64,000 nucleotides of DNA. It comes from Pseudomonadota bacterium. Lineage in GTDB: Bacteria > Pseudomonadota > Alphaproteobacteria > Paracaedibacterales > CAIOTO01. The stretch is taken from the NCBI GenBank assembly GCA_040387495.1, contig JAZKDQ010000006.1:113391-177390 (forward strand), in the 5' to 3' direction. A program made the translations under genes and the position numbers. Below the pieces are notes generated by a model. That model was not told the DNA's origin. It made no database searches and was given only the letters and a program-made list of their open reading frames with translations. Shown here piece by piece: positions 18,001 to 26,080 of this stretch; position 1 is the stretch's first letter; every line of letters begins with the position of its first letter.

Positions 18001-18291
18001 AACGATGCCGAATTTGCCACCAATTACTGACGCATGTTCCCTCAATGCATCTTCTTGCAAACGCTTTAATAAACGTTCGCGCATTTCAACAGCAGCGGCT
18101 TTTGTAAACGTCAAGCACACGATATGACTAATGGGCGTACCTTGATATAAGATTGCAACAAGCCGATCGATCAGCACCTTGGTTTTTCCGGTACCGGCCG
18201 AGGCCGAAACCCAAACACTAGTGGCGGGGTTAGATGCGCGTTGCTGAGCGAGTGTCATGAGGAAATCATTATTGGGAATTAATAGGTTCAC
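15040..18291 (-). CDS. addA: Double-strand break repair helicase AddA (UvrD-like helicase plus C-terminal PD-(D/E)XK nuclease)
   Basis: Walker A ASAGTGKTKVL, UvrD helicase motifs (VDEAQD, TIHGAKGLE), and a C-terminal nuclease motif IDRLIE...IVDFKTG. Confidence 0.85.
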   Translation of the reverse strand: MNLLIPNNDFLMTLAQQRASNPATSVWVSASAGTGKTKVLIDRLVAILYQGTPISHIVCLTFTKAAAVEMRERLLKRLQEDALREHASVIGGKFGIVGTGNTKAAAIYEALLESPETLKIMTLHAYCQSLLQKFPFEAGVPPFFDVLDDDKAQQLLMKALSHVLESPPTEAIADAIEGVSSWMGEYVFENCLRDAFSRWHKVRHLERTYPDPVHYQQALARAFPADLEDTSAPDVDADALAELLLASDQGMDKTLGAALATQGLTPTLFLTRDGKPRKKIVSADFKKKHPALVAELDDLAYHLHQTQLRELYDGWLAANVHFWHIVQAVLAYFGTLKTEQGVLDYHDLILHSLALFSDDMALAFVHQRLDYTIDHILVDEAQDNSPEQWLFILKLVDLFVRDDTPQRSFFVVGDVKQSIYGFQGAVPHLFESLVYTFEHMLISRGHRFERLTLDDSFRTVPEVLGVVDSVFAESPTGMGIYTQHNAYRRDAGWVGLMFLSKDDLKKSATSDDEEAESSLEPSTDWPILDKYETNTSKDTILAEHVADSIQRAINEGWVLPSVDRAIEARDVLILLRNRGALSGEIIRALKHRDVAVEGPDRIQLASRQAIQDIMAVMRFLCLPQDDMALANILKSPFVNDGHGFTEEALFELCHNRDGSLWQVLCQNSAYEGVAALLKSWLSRVDYEAPSFLLRAILEPTYSAFENRLGADIHLLFETFLDTVMGLESSTPTLAEVLFQLEQSMPVVKRDPTSPTGVRIMTIHGAKGLEAPLVIVVDRDDRLDLAKENLLWPKVDDPASGEIVELFCLKPKADMTIESMQDLRENALDSMKEERNRLLYVALTRPRDGLWVIGGGKWAELIEKCLAERAVVNGKMPTFVHAAGAAINDLKVQPRLPDWIHMKYEQTKDTKKVNERFEQTVAMKRGELIHNLIETLAKTPVDRWDVVMARFKDEGLKGEGLSEADLQKVHDMAHHSDFGLMFQGSHASHSVHNAWSEIELLHNGKLLRIDRLIETDDAFWIVDFKTGEQRNVQAYKEQLAGYKSAITPMVGAKPIRTYLFWTDALVLEEVCIATELFLWTKRLL

Positions 18292-18330
18292 ATTAGCATG
18301 TACGCTGAATTACAAAAAATAAAAAGAGAA

Positions 18331-19452
18331 TTATAGAAATAAATCCGATAAAAATTGTTCAGCTCTTAAAACACGAATACCGTTCTGTTGATATTCATTA
18401 CGCAAAGATTTCACAATTTGACATGCAGGATAGCCATATTTTTGATGGAACTTAATTAAAGGCTTAGTAGGGGAACGATCTGACAATTTGACTTCAATCA
18501 TCATTTCAAGAACGTCACTAGATGCAAGCGCAAAATCTACCTCACATCCTTCCTTTGTGCGTAAGTAATGAAGCGTTGTTTCTTGTCCCAAGCTATCTGT
18601 TTTGCCAAATGCATGCTTTAACAAGCTAACAGCGACTAAATTTTCAAACTTAGCACCATCATCACCTTGCACCAAACCTGTATCATAAAAATAAATTTTG
18701 GGTTCTTTTAACAAGCTTCGTGCAATATTTTTGGAATAAGGCGATATCGAAAATACAATAAAAAGTGCTTCTAAGATTTGTACATATTTCTTGATCGTCG
18801 TCGGTGATACAGCCACATCCTCTGCCAAGGATTGATACGAAACGGGTGATCCAACGCGACCTCTAAGCAAGTTAAAAACAAGTTTCATGGCTTTGATGTT
18901 TTGAATTGCGTCTATTTCAAACACATCTGTGCTCAGCAAACTATTAATATATTGAAGACGCCAGCGATCAGCATCTATTGCATTCTCAGAAAAATAAGGT
19001 TCTGGAAAACCACCACGCTCTATTAGTTTGTCAATCAAAGCAGGCTCTGATACTTGTGTTAATTCAGCCAATGATATTGGCATCAAGCAATGACGAAAAT
19101 AACGCCCAGCAAGAGAGTCACCGAGCTTGTCATATACATCAAGACGAGCGCTTCCAGTAACCAATATACGCATATGAAAGGGCTTGGTATCATATACACC
19201 TTTTAAGAAATTTTTCCAATCAGGCATCTTGTGAAGCTCGTCAAAAATCAACAAATCAGTGGTGCCGAGCCAAGACTGATCAGTTATAATTTTGCGATCC
19301 ATGATTTGATCATAATTTAAGTAAATGCTGTTTTTAAATTCGCGTGCAATATCTTTTGCAAGCCACGTTTTTCCTGACTGGCGTGGACCTACAAGAAGAA
19401 CAAGCTTCTTGTTCAGATCATTCAAAATTGATTTTTTTTGAGCTCTTTCCAT
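18331..19452 (-). CDS. AAA_14 / DUF4143-type ATPase of unknown function
   Basis: Walker A GPRQSGKT, Walker B LLIFDELH, and a C-terminal region with a restriction-endonuclease-like E.D/K pattern typical of DUF4143 proteins. I prefer the ATG at 19452 over the GTG at 19467. Confidence 0.78.
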   Translation of the reverse strand: MERAQKKSILNDLNKKLVLLVGPRQSGKTWLAKDIAREFKNSIYLNYDQIMDRKIITDQSWLGTTDLLIFDELHKMPDWKNFLKGVYDTKPFHMRILVTGSARLDVYDKLGDSLAGRYFRHCLMPISLAELTQVSEPALIDKLIERGGFPEPYFSENAIDADRWRLQYINSLLSTDVFEIDAIQNIKAMKLVFNLLRGRVGSPVSYQSLAEDVAVSPTTIKKYVQILEALFIVFSISPYSKNIARSLLKEPKIYFYDTGLVQGDDGAKFENLVAVSLLKHAFGKTDSLGQETTLHYLRTKEGCEVDFALASSDVLEMMIEVKLSDRSPTKPLIKFHQKYGYPACQIVKSLRNEYQQNGIRVLRAEQFLSDLFL

Positions 19453-19472
19453 ATGACTATTCTGCACTAAAA

Positions 19473-19553
19473 TGGAGAATAGTCAAGACTTTTCTGCAGT
19501 AGCGTGGAGAATAGTCAAGAATTTTATGCAGTAGCGTGGAGAATAGTCAGAAT
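19473..19553. repeat. 32-bp tandem direct repeat, about 2.5 copies (tggagaatagtcaagaMttttMtgcagtagcg)
   Basis: Copy 1 is 19473..19504, copy 2 is 19505..19536 (2 mismatches), and a partial copy 3 starts at 19537. The array lies directly upstream of the ATPase gene. Confidence 0.9.
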
Positions 19554-19577
19554 TTAGAGAAAAAATTTAGGCTTAAA

Positions 19578-20078
19578 CTACTTATCCTTACACCAATGCC
19601 GCTCTAAAAATGAATCTGACAAGCAATACGATGAAGCAAGCGAAACAAAGCCTGTTAATCCAAAAACACAGCCCGTCCCCATATAAACAGAATATAAATA
19701 ATTAGCGTTATCGTCCTCGGAAGCAGACCAGATCAACCCAGCACCTCCAGCCCATAAGACTGCTGCGGTGAATTTAAGAAAGATCCGCTTATTCCTGATA
19801 TTATTTTCAAAACAAAACGAGGAGCAGCATGAATTTTCTTTTGTATGTATTAGTGACACTTGATCAATAGATTTACTGTGAACAAAATTATCCTTATTTA
19901 TTTTATTGTTTTGAATATCTACGTTTTGAGCACTATCAAACTTTTTTTCATCTTTACCTGTGCTATCAATGCTGACAGTCATCATCCGTGCTAGGTTGTT
20001 CTCTAGATCCCTTTCACTAGCACTTACCATCGTAATTGCACACACAAGCACCCTCAATAGCTTAGATAGAAAATTCAT
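19578..20078 (-). CDS. Hypothetical protein with N-terminal signal/anchor and C-terminal hydrophobic segments
   Basis: ORF only. N-terminal hydrophobic segment LLRVLVCAITMVSA and two C-terminal hydrophobic stretches. No recognisable domain. Confidence 0.45.
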   Translation of the reverse strand: MNFLSKLLRVLVCAITMVSASERDLENNLARMMTVSIDSTGKDEKKFDSAQNVDIQNNKINKDNFVHSKSIDQVSLIHTKENSCCSSFCFENNIRNKRIFLKFTAAVLWAGGAGLIWSASEDDNANYLYSVYMGTGCVFGLTGFVSLASSYCLSDSFLERHWCKDK

Positions 20079-20097
20079 ATTATTACTCTAAGAATTA

Positions 20098-20892
20098 TTA
20101 TTTAATATATTTCTTAGCATCAGACCATAATTCAAGCATAAATTCAAATGATTTCCCGTGGAGGGAATTTAACCCTTGCGTCGCCGCGATATCCTTTAAA
20201 GCAGCCATCCGGTCACTAAATTTTTTATTAATAATCGCAATCGTTTCATTCACATCAAACCCAGCGTACATACACAATGATATCACAGCATGGAGCAAAT
20301 CACTGATTTCTTCTTGAATTCTCTGTGATGATTCGCCGCTTTGCACAGCATCCCGAATTTCAGCACATTCACTTATAATTTGATCAAATATCATGTCTTG
20401 ATTGGGCCAATCAAAACCAAACGCAACGGTATCTTTTTCAAGAGTAACCAGAGCATCAAGCGCATCGCTCTTTGCAAGCTTTTGCGTGCGTCCTGTATGA
20501 CGCCCACCTTCAAATTCAGTCGCTAAGAATGCATCAACACAGGCAATTGCCGCATCATCTGAAATCACACGAGCCCCCAAACAAAGAACATTCGCATCAT
20601 TGTGCGCACGTGCCAGGCATGATTCCTCTATTGTTTGGCATAAAGCAGCCCGAACATGCGAAAATCGATTGGCAGCAATGCTCATGCCGATGCCCGTCCC
20701 ACAAATCAAAATGCCTTGTGCTGATGGATCTACTAACAACCGTGTAGCTACTTTTTGTGCATAATCGGGGTAGTCAACGGAGGCGCTTGATACGGTACCT
20801 TCGTCGATCACACTATGGCCAACAGCCTCAATATGTTGTTTTAAGGCGGACTTTAATTCAATCCCAGCATGATCCGATGCAATGTAAATCAC
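20098..20892 (-). CDS. rpiB: Ribose-5-phosphate isomerase B fused to a MazG-type NTP pyrophosphohydrolase domain
   Basis: The N-terminal ~145 aa match RpiB/LacAB (IASDHAG, ILICGTGIGMSIAANR). The C-terminal ~110 aa match MazG (FGFDWP, ECAEIRDA, QEEISDLLHAVISL). It is a single ORF. Confidence 0.8.
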   Translation of the reverse strand: MIYIASDHAGIELKSALKQHIEAVGHSVIDEGTVSSASVDYPDYAQKVATRLLVDPSAQGILICGTGIGMSIAANRFSHVRAALCQTIEESCLARAHNDANVLCLGARVISDDAAIACVDAFLATEFEGGRHTGRTQKLAKSDALDALVTLEKDTVAFGFDWPNQDMIFDQIISECAEIRDAVQSGESSQRIQEEISDLLHAVISLCMYAGFDVNETIAIINKKFSDRMAALKDIAATQGLNSLHGKSFEFMLELWSDAKKYIK

Positions 20893-22262
20893 GCGACTTC
20901 CTCAACCTGCATCGTTTCAACAACATCTGCTAATTCGTGCAAAACCGTCGTTAACAACAACTCATCATCACCTTGCGCCATCAATCGCACCAACGGCTCG
21001 GTCCCAGATGGCCTAACCAACAAACGACCGGTAAGACCAAGCGCTGTTTCTGCACGGCCAATGGCTTTTGACAACGCCGGATCATCAAAATTAAGAGGCT
21101 TCTTAAGACGAATATTATGCAGCTTTTGTGGTACTGGCGTAAAAACATTCAGCAACTGACTGGCTTTTTGTTTCGTATCTTGAATTAAACTTAAAATTTG
21201 AAGCGCTGCAATTAGCCCGTCACCCGTCGTACAGTAATCATTCAACACAACATGCCCTGATTGTTCACCTCCAACATTGCAGCCTTTATCTAACATCATA
21301 AGCGACACATTACGATCACCAACAGCGGCTCTGAATAACGTCAATCCTTTACTTTCCAAAAAACGCTCAAATCCAAGATTTGACATTGTTGTTGCAACCA
21401 CCCCATTCCCGCGAAGCATCCCACGAGCGTGCCAACGTTGAGCAATGGCCGCCATCAACTGGTCGCCATCAACGATGGTTCCCTTTTCATCCACTAAAAT
21501 CACACGATCAGCGTCACCATCAAGGGCAATACCAATGTCTGCTTCGTGTTCAAGCACTTTTGAAACCAAATATTCAGGATGTGTCGCGCCACAATTGGCA
21601 TTAATGTTATCACCTTGTGGGTCGTCCCCAATGGCAATTACTTCAGCACCCAATTCCCACAACACGCGTGGTGCAACTTTATACGCAGCACCGTTCGCTG
21701 TATCAACCACGATCCGAAGACCATCAAGTCGCTGCCCACGCGGAAATGTTGCTTTTGCAAACTCAATATAACGTCCAAGGGCGTCATCCAAACGTTTGGC
21801 TTTTCCAAAAGCCGTTGCTGGCGGCAAAGCAGGCGGATTCTTAACGTAAGCCTCGATAGCTCTTTCATCTTTTGATGTAATTTTTTGCCCGTCACTTTTG
21901 AAAAACTTAATTCCATTATCGGTATACGGGTTATGCGACGCTGAGATCATTACACCAAGATCTGCACGCAACGAACGCGTCAGCACAGCAATGCCTGGGG
22001 TTGGAATTGGTCCTAGCAAAATCACATCAATACCCATGGTAACAAAACCAGCGACAAGTGCTGATTCTACCATATATCCTGATAATCGTGTATCTTTACC
22101 GATCACCACTGTGAACTTAGGATGACCTGCCCGCAATCCCTCACATGAATCAATGAAGTGTTTACCTGTAGCAATTGCTAGCTTTAAAACACCATCAGGC
22201 GTCATTGGCCATTGATTAGCTTCACCGCGGACACCATCGGTTCCAAAAATTTTTTTTGGCAT
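20889..22262 (-). CDS. glmM: Phosphoglucosamine mutase
   Basis: FGTDGVRG N-terminus, the active-site loop SASHNP, and the GEQSGH motif. Confidence 0.95.
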   Translation of the reverse strand: MPKKIFGTDGVRGEANQWPMTPDGVLKLAIATGKHFIDSCEGLRAGHPKFTVVIGKDTRLSGYMVESALVAGFVTMGIDVILLGPIPTPGIAVLTRSLRADLGVMISASHNPYTDNGIKFFKSDGQKITSKDERAIEAYVKNPPALPPATAFGKAKRLDDALGRYIEFAKATFPRGQRLDGLRIVVDTANGAAYKVAPRVLWELGAEVIAIGDDPQGDNINANCGATHPEYLVSKVLEHEADIGIALDGDADRVILVDEKGTIVDGDQLMAAIAQRWHARGMLRGNGVVATTMSNLGFERFLESKGLTLFRAAVGDRNVSLMMLDKGCNVGGEQSGHVVLNDYCTTGDGLIAALQILSLIQDTKQKASQLLNVFTPVPQKLHNIRLKKPLNFDDPALSKAIGRAETALGLTGRLLVRPSGTEPLVRLMAQGDDELLLTTVLHELADVVETMQVEEVA

Positions 22263-22278
22263 ATGTTTCTCTATTTCC

Positions 22279-22385
22279 TGTCGTCCCCTGGCTTGACCCG
22301 GGAATCTCAGCTATTTTTAAATTATTTAAAACAGTATTTTTTATTTGATTTCATAGGCCCCCCCGGGTCAAGCCAGGGGACGACA
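22279..22385. repeat. MITE-like palindromic element with perfect 24-bp terminal inverted repeats
   Basis: tgtcgtcccctggcttgacccggg (22279..22302) is the exact reverse complement of 22362..22385. A 59-nt AT-rich spacer separates them. Confidence 0.85.
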
Positions 22386-22403
22386 CGTTTTTAAAACTAC
22401 AAT

Positions 22404-24269
22404 CTACACCGTTGGCACACTCGTGCGCGGCAAATCATCAAAGGACGTATCAGGCATTGGCTGCAACTCACCGCCTTCTAACACAATCCTAATCTCATCG
22501 CCAGTCAATGTTTCGCGTTCAAGCAAAGCAGCAGCCAAACGATGTAATTCATCCGTTTTGTCTTTTAATAGCTTTTTCGTTTCTTTGTAGCATTTGTCCA
22601 ATAAGGTGTTAATTTCCTCATCAATTTTACGCGCAATTTCTTCTGAATAAGGCTTTGTCATACCAGGATACTGATCATCACGCGTACTGTAATTACGGAA
22701 ACTAAGCGCATCACCTAAGCCTGTTTCTGTAATCATGTGTGTTGCATAATACGTCGCGGCCTTAATGTCTGACTGTGCGCCGGTTGTTACTTTTCCATCA
22801 CCAAAAATTAATTCTTCAGCAATACGGCCGCCCATTGAAACTTTAATGGATGCGAGAAGTTTATCACGTGATTCTGACACACGATCACCCTCTGGCAGTA
22901 GTTGAACCATACCCAAAGCGCGTCCTCGCGGCACAATCGTTGCTTTATGAATAGGGTCCGAATCCACCATATAATGAGATACAATTGCATGACCACCTTC
23001 GTGATATGCCGTTGTTTTCATTTCGGATTCAGTCATAATTAATGTACGCCGCTCTGCACCCATCATTATTTTATCTTTTGCCACATCAAATTCAGCTTTT
23101 CCAACAGCAAGCTTGCCGCGTCGCGCCGCAAGAAGTGCTGCTTCATTCACCAAATTCGCAAGGTCAGCACCTGAAAATCCTGGGGTGCCACGTGCGATAA
23201 CTTTCGGATCAACATTCGGCGACAAAGGCACTTTACGCATGTGGACTTTCAAGATTTGCTCGCGCCCAGTCACATCTGGGTTAGGCACATTCACCTGACG
23301 GTCAAAACGACCTGGACGAAGCAATGCAGGATCAAGAATATCAGGGCGATTCGTTGCTGCCACCAGGATAATGCTTTGATTTTCTTCGAAACCATCCATT
23401 TCAACCAATAATTGATTTAGTGTCTGCTCACGCTCGTCATTACCGCCGCCGCCCATACCGGAACCACGTTTTCCACCAACGGCATCTATTTCATCGATAA
23501 AAATAATACAGGGCACGCTTTTCTTAGCTTGCTCGAACATATCACGTACGCGGCTTGCACCCACACCCACAAACATTTCAACGAAATCAGAACCTGAAAT
23601 GCTAAAGAATGGCACACCTGCCTCTCCCGCAATGGCTTTGGCAAGCAATGTTTTACCTGTACCAGGCGGGCCAACCAACAACACACCTTTAGGAATACGT
23701 CCCCCAAGGCGCTGGAACTTTTGTGGGTCCTTTAAAAACTCCACAATCTCCTCAAGTTCCTCTTTCGCCTCATCAATACCAGCAACATCGTTAAATGTAA
23801 TTTTTGTTTGATTTTCATTCAATAATCGTGCACGTGATTTGCCAAAGCCCATGGCTTTATTACCACCGCCTTGCATATTACGGTACACCATATACCCTAT
23901 AAATATAAGCGGGAGTATTGAAAGCAATTCCCATATATGCCGCATAACAGAGGTTTCTTGCTCGTACTGTGTCGCACGAAAACTAACGCCCTTATCTGCC
24001 AAGCGTTCAGTCAACTTAGTGTCACCAACGGCAATCACTTGATATTCTTTGCCATCTTTGGATTTGACATGAAATGGAAGCCCCGTCATATTCGGCTGAA
24101 CCATTATCACTTCAGCAACATTATTCGCATCAACAGCATGCAAGAAATCTGAATACGCAATTGTCTTTAAAGCGTGCTTTGATGGGTTATCAATAAGCGT
24201 CTGAAAAAGCCACATTCCGCTGGCAAATATAACAAACCACATAATGGCATTACGAATCATTGGGTTCAA
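22404..24269 (-). CDS. ftsH: ATP-dependent zinc metalloprotease FtsH
   Basis: Walker A GPPGTGKT, the SRH region, and the HEGGHA zinc motif. Confidence 0.97.
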   Translation of the reverse strand: MNPMIRNAIMWFVIFASGMWLFQTLIDNPSKHALKTIAYSDFLHAVDANNVAEVIMVQPNMTGLPFHVKSKDGKEYQVIAVGDTKLTERLADKGVSFRATQYEQETSVMRHIWELLSILPLIFIGYMVYRNMQGGGNKAMGFGKSRARLLNENQTKITFNDVAGIDEAKEELEEIVEFLKDPQKFQRLGGRIPKGVLLVGPPGTGKTLLAKAIAGEAGVPFFSISGSDFVEMFVGVGASRVRDMFEQAKKSVPCIIFIDEIDAVGGKRGSGMGGGGNDEREQTLNQLLVEMDGFEENQSIILVAATNRPDILDPALLRPGRFDRQVNVPNPDVTGREQILKVHMRKVPLSPNVDPKVIARGTPGFSGADLANLVNEAALLAARRGKLAVGKAEFDVAKDKIMMGAERRTLIMTESEMKTTAYHEGGHAIVSHYMVDSDPIHKATIVPRGRALGMVQLLPEGDRVSESRDKLLASIKVSMGGRIAEELIFGDGKVTTGAQSDIKAATYYATHMITETGLGDALSFRNYSTRDDQYPGMTKPYSEEIARKIDEEINTLLDKCYKETKKLLKDKTDELHRLAAALLERETLTGDEIRIVLEGGELQPMPDTSFDDLPRTSVPTV

Positions 24270-24478
24270 TGAGGATCTCCCTGTTTTTATTTTGTTTGCG
24301 CACCATTACAATGCACGTCCAATTCTACCCAGCATACCATGATTCATTTTTTTTCAAAAGGTGTGATTCGGGTTTTGTCCCAGTATCAAATTATAAAATT
24401 AAAATTTAATACGGAGCTTGCCAATACATTTGCGCAGAACTACAATTTAATGCATAAAACTACCAAGAAAGATCTCAC

Positions 24479-24820
24479 ATGCACTCAATCATTTCATTCG
24501 AAAACTTTGAAAAAGTTGAGCTCCGTTCCGGCACTGTTGTTAAAGTTGAACCATTCCCGCGCGCAAAGAAGCCAGGGTATAAAGTCTATGTCGATTTTGG
24601 CGTAGAAATTGGCATCAAACAAACCAGCGCGCAGGTCACGGCACATTACACTGAAGAATCGCTTATAAGTCGATCCGTCGTAGGGTGCGTAAACCTTGCG
24701 CCGCGTAATATCGCGGGCTTCATGTCGCAGTTTCTGTTGGTTGGCTTTGCTGATGCTGACGATAAGATTTGTTTAGTAAAAGCTGATCCGAAAGTGCCTA
24801 ACGGGCAAAAACTGAGCTAG
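24479..24820 (+). CDS. tRNA-binding domain protein (CsaA/YgjH-like)
   Basis: 113 aa. F.KVELRSGTV....PFP.A.KP.YK..VDFG is the typical CsaA OB-fold signature. Confidence 0.8.
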   Translation: MHSIISFENFEKVELRSGTVVKVEPFPRAKKPGYKVYVDFGVEIGIKQTSAQVTAHYTEESLISRSVVGCVNLAPRNIAGFMSQFLLVGFADADDKICLVKADPKVPNGQKLS

Positions 24821-25203
24821 CCTTCTTGAGCAGAAAAGTTTCTTAGGCGTCGCAATTTGATCCACACAAAGAATTTCAAAATAATAGAAAAAAGAAAAAT
24901 AAAACTTATGACGAAGAATGTGTATCCAAAAATAATCACACTTTCTTTTGTTTCATTTATATATTTTCTAAGCCCTTCTGAGTTATGCACCAGTTTTATC
25001 TCAAGCTTTGCATCAGCAGAAATAGTATCTGGAGGATTATGTAAAAGGCCCGTTCTTTCTAATTCCTCTATTTCAACAAGCGTTTTACCTAGGTGACTCC
25101 ACACGCTACATCCCGCAACACACATAAAAGCAGTGAATAAAAGGATAAAAGATGCAACCCAAATAAAGCGATTGCATATTTTATTTAATTTTTGGTAATT
25201 CAT
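24817..25203 (-). CDS. Hypothetical membrane protein (2 TM)
   Basis: ORF with two clear hydrophobic segments and no recognisable domain. Confidence 0.4.
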   Translation of the reverse strand: MNYQKLNKICNRFIWVASFILLFTAFMCVAGCSVWSHLGKTLVEIEELERTGLLHNPPDTISADAKLEIKLVHNSEGLRKYINETKESVIIFGYTFFVISFIFLFSIILKFFVWIKLRRLRNFSAQEG

Positions 25204-25225
25204 GTTTACTCACTTGCGGCTAAAA

Positions 25226-25975
25226 TCAAACCATTTCCATGCCGCCATTAACATGCATTGTCTGGCCTGTCATATAACCTGCTTCATCGGATGCAAGATA
25301 AATAACCGCTGCTGCGATCTCCGCCGGGCTTCCCATGCGACCATGTGGGATTGCGCTAAGAATTTTACCCTTAACGGTCTCTGGCAATTCTGCTGTCATC
25401 GCTGTTTCAATGAATCCAGGTGCGACGCAATTCACGGTAATACCGCGCGTTGCGACTTCGTGCGCCAATGCTTTTGAAAAACCAACCAAACCTGCTTTTG
25501 AAGCGCAATAGTTTGTTTGACCAGGGTTACCTGTACTACCCACAACAGAACTGATATTGATAATACGACCAAAACGACGACGCATCATGTTCTTTGTTGC
25601 TGCACGCGCCAAACGGAATGCTGCTGTTAAGTTGACATCAATTACCGATTGCCATTCTTCGTCTTTCATGCGGATGATCAACGTGTCACGTGTGATGCCA
25701 GCGTTATTGACGAGGATATCGATTTGTCCGACAGCGGTTTCAGCTGCAGCGAATAATCCTTCGATTGTAGCAACGTCACTGAGTGAACATGCTATCGCAA
25801 CGGCGCGAACGCCATACGTTGATTCGATATTACAAGCGACTTCAGCGAGAACGGCTTCGCGTGTACCAGACAGCACAACATCTGCGCCTTGTTTCGCGAG
25901 CGCCTCTGCGATTGCTTGCCCGATTCCGCCCGTTGCGCCGGTGACAAGCGCTTTTTTACCTTTTAATGAAAACAT
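25226..25975 (-). CDS. fabG: 3-oxoacyl-[ACP] reductase
   Basis: SDR motifs TGATGGIG, NNAG and Y..SKAG, with end-to-end FabG-like sequence. Confidence 0.9.
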   Translation of the reverse strand: MFSLKGKKALVTGATGGIGQAIAEALAKQGADVVLSGTREAVLAEVACNIESTYGVRAVAIACSLSDVATIEGLFAAAETAVGQIDILVNNAGITRDTLIIRMKDEEWQSVIDVNLTAAFRLARAATKNMMRRRFGRIINISSVVGSTGNPGQTNYCASKAGLVGFSKALAHEVATRGITVNCVAPGFIETAMTAELPETVKGKILSAIPHGRMGSPAEIAAAVIYLASDEAGYMTGQTMHVNGGMEMV

Positions 25976-26080
25976 GAATTTGATCCTTTGCTATTTTATG
26001 CTACATCTTAAGATCAAGAGTTTAAAAATCAAGTCTCTAAATTCATTTAGGGCATATTTTTCAGTTTTAAGGACATTTAA

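Noticed and set aside
15370-18030. A series of plus-strand ORFs (up to 152 aa) inside addA. Similar antisense ORFs occur inside glmM, ftsH, ettA, sucB (49121..49573), sucA, mdh and fabG (25557..26108).
   Set aside because: All are embedded antisense to long ORFs that carry unmistakable conserved motifs. They have low-complexity or odd composition and no recognisable domains.
19473-19553. Possible CRISPR array, given regularly spaced 32-bp repeats.
   Set aside because: The units are contiguous tandem copies with no unique spacers between them. There are only ~2.5 copies, and no cas genes are nearby. I interpret it as a promoter/operator repeat instead.
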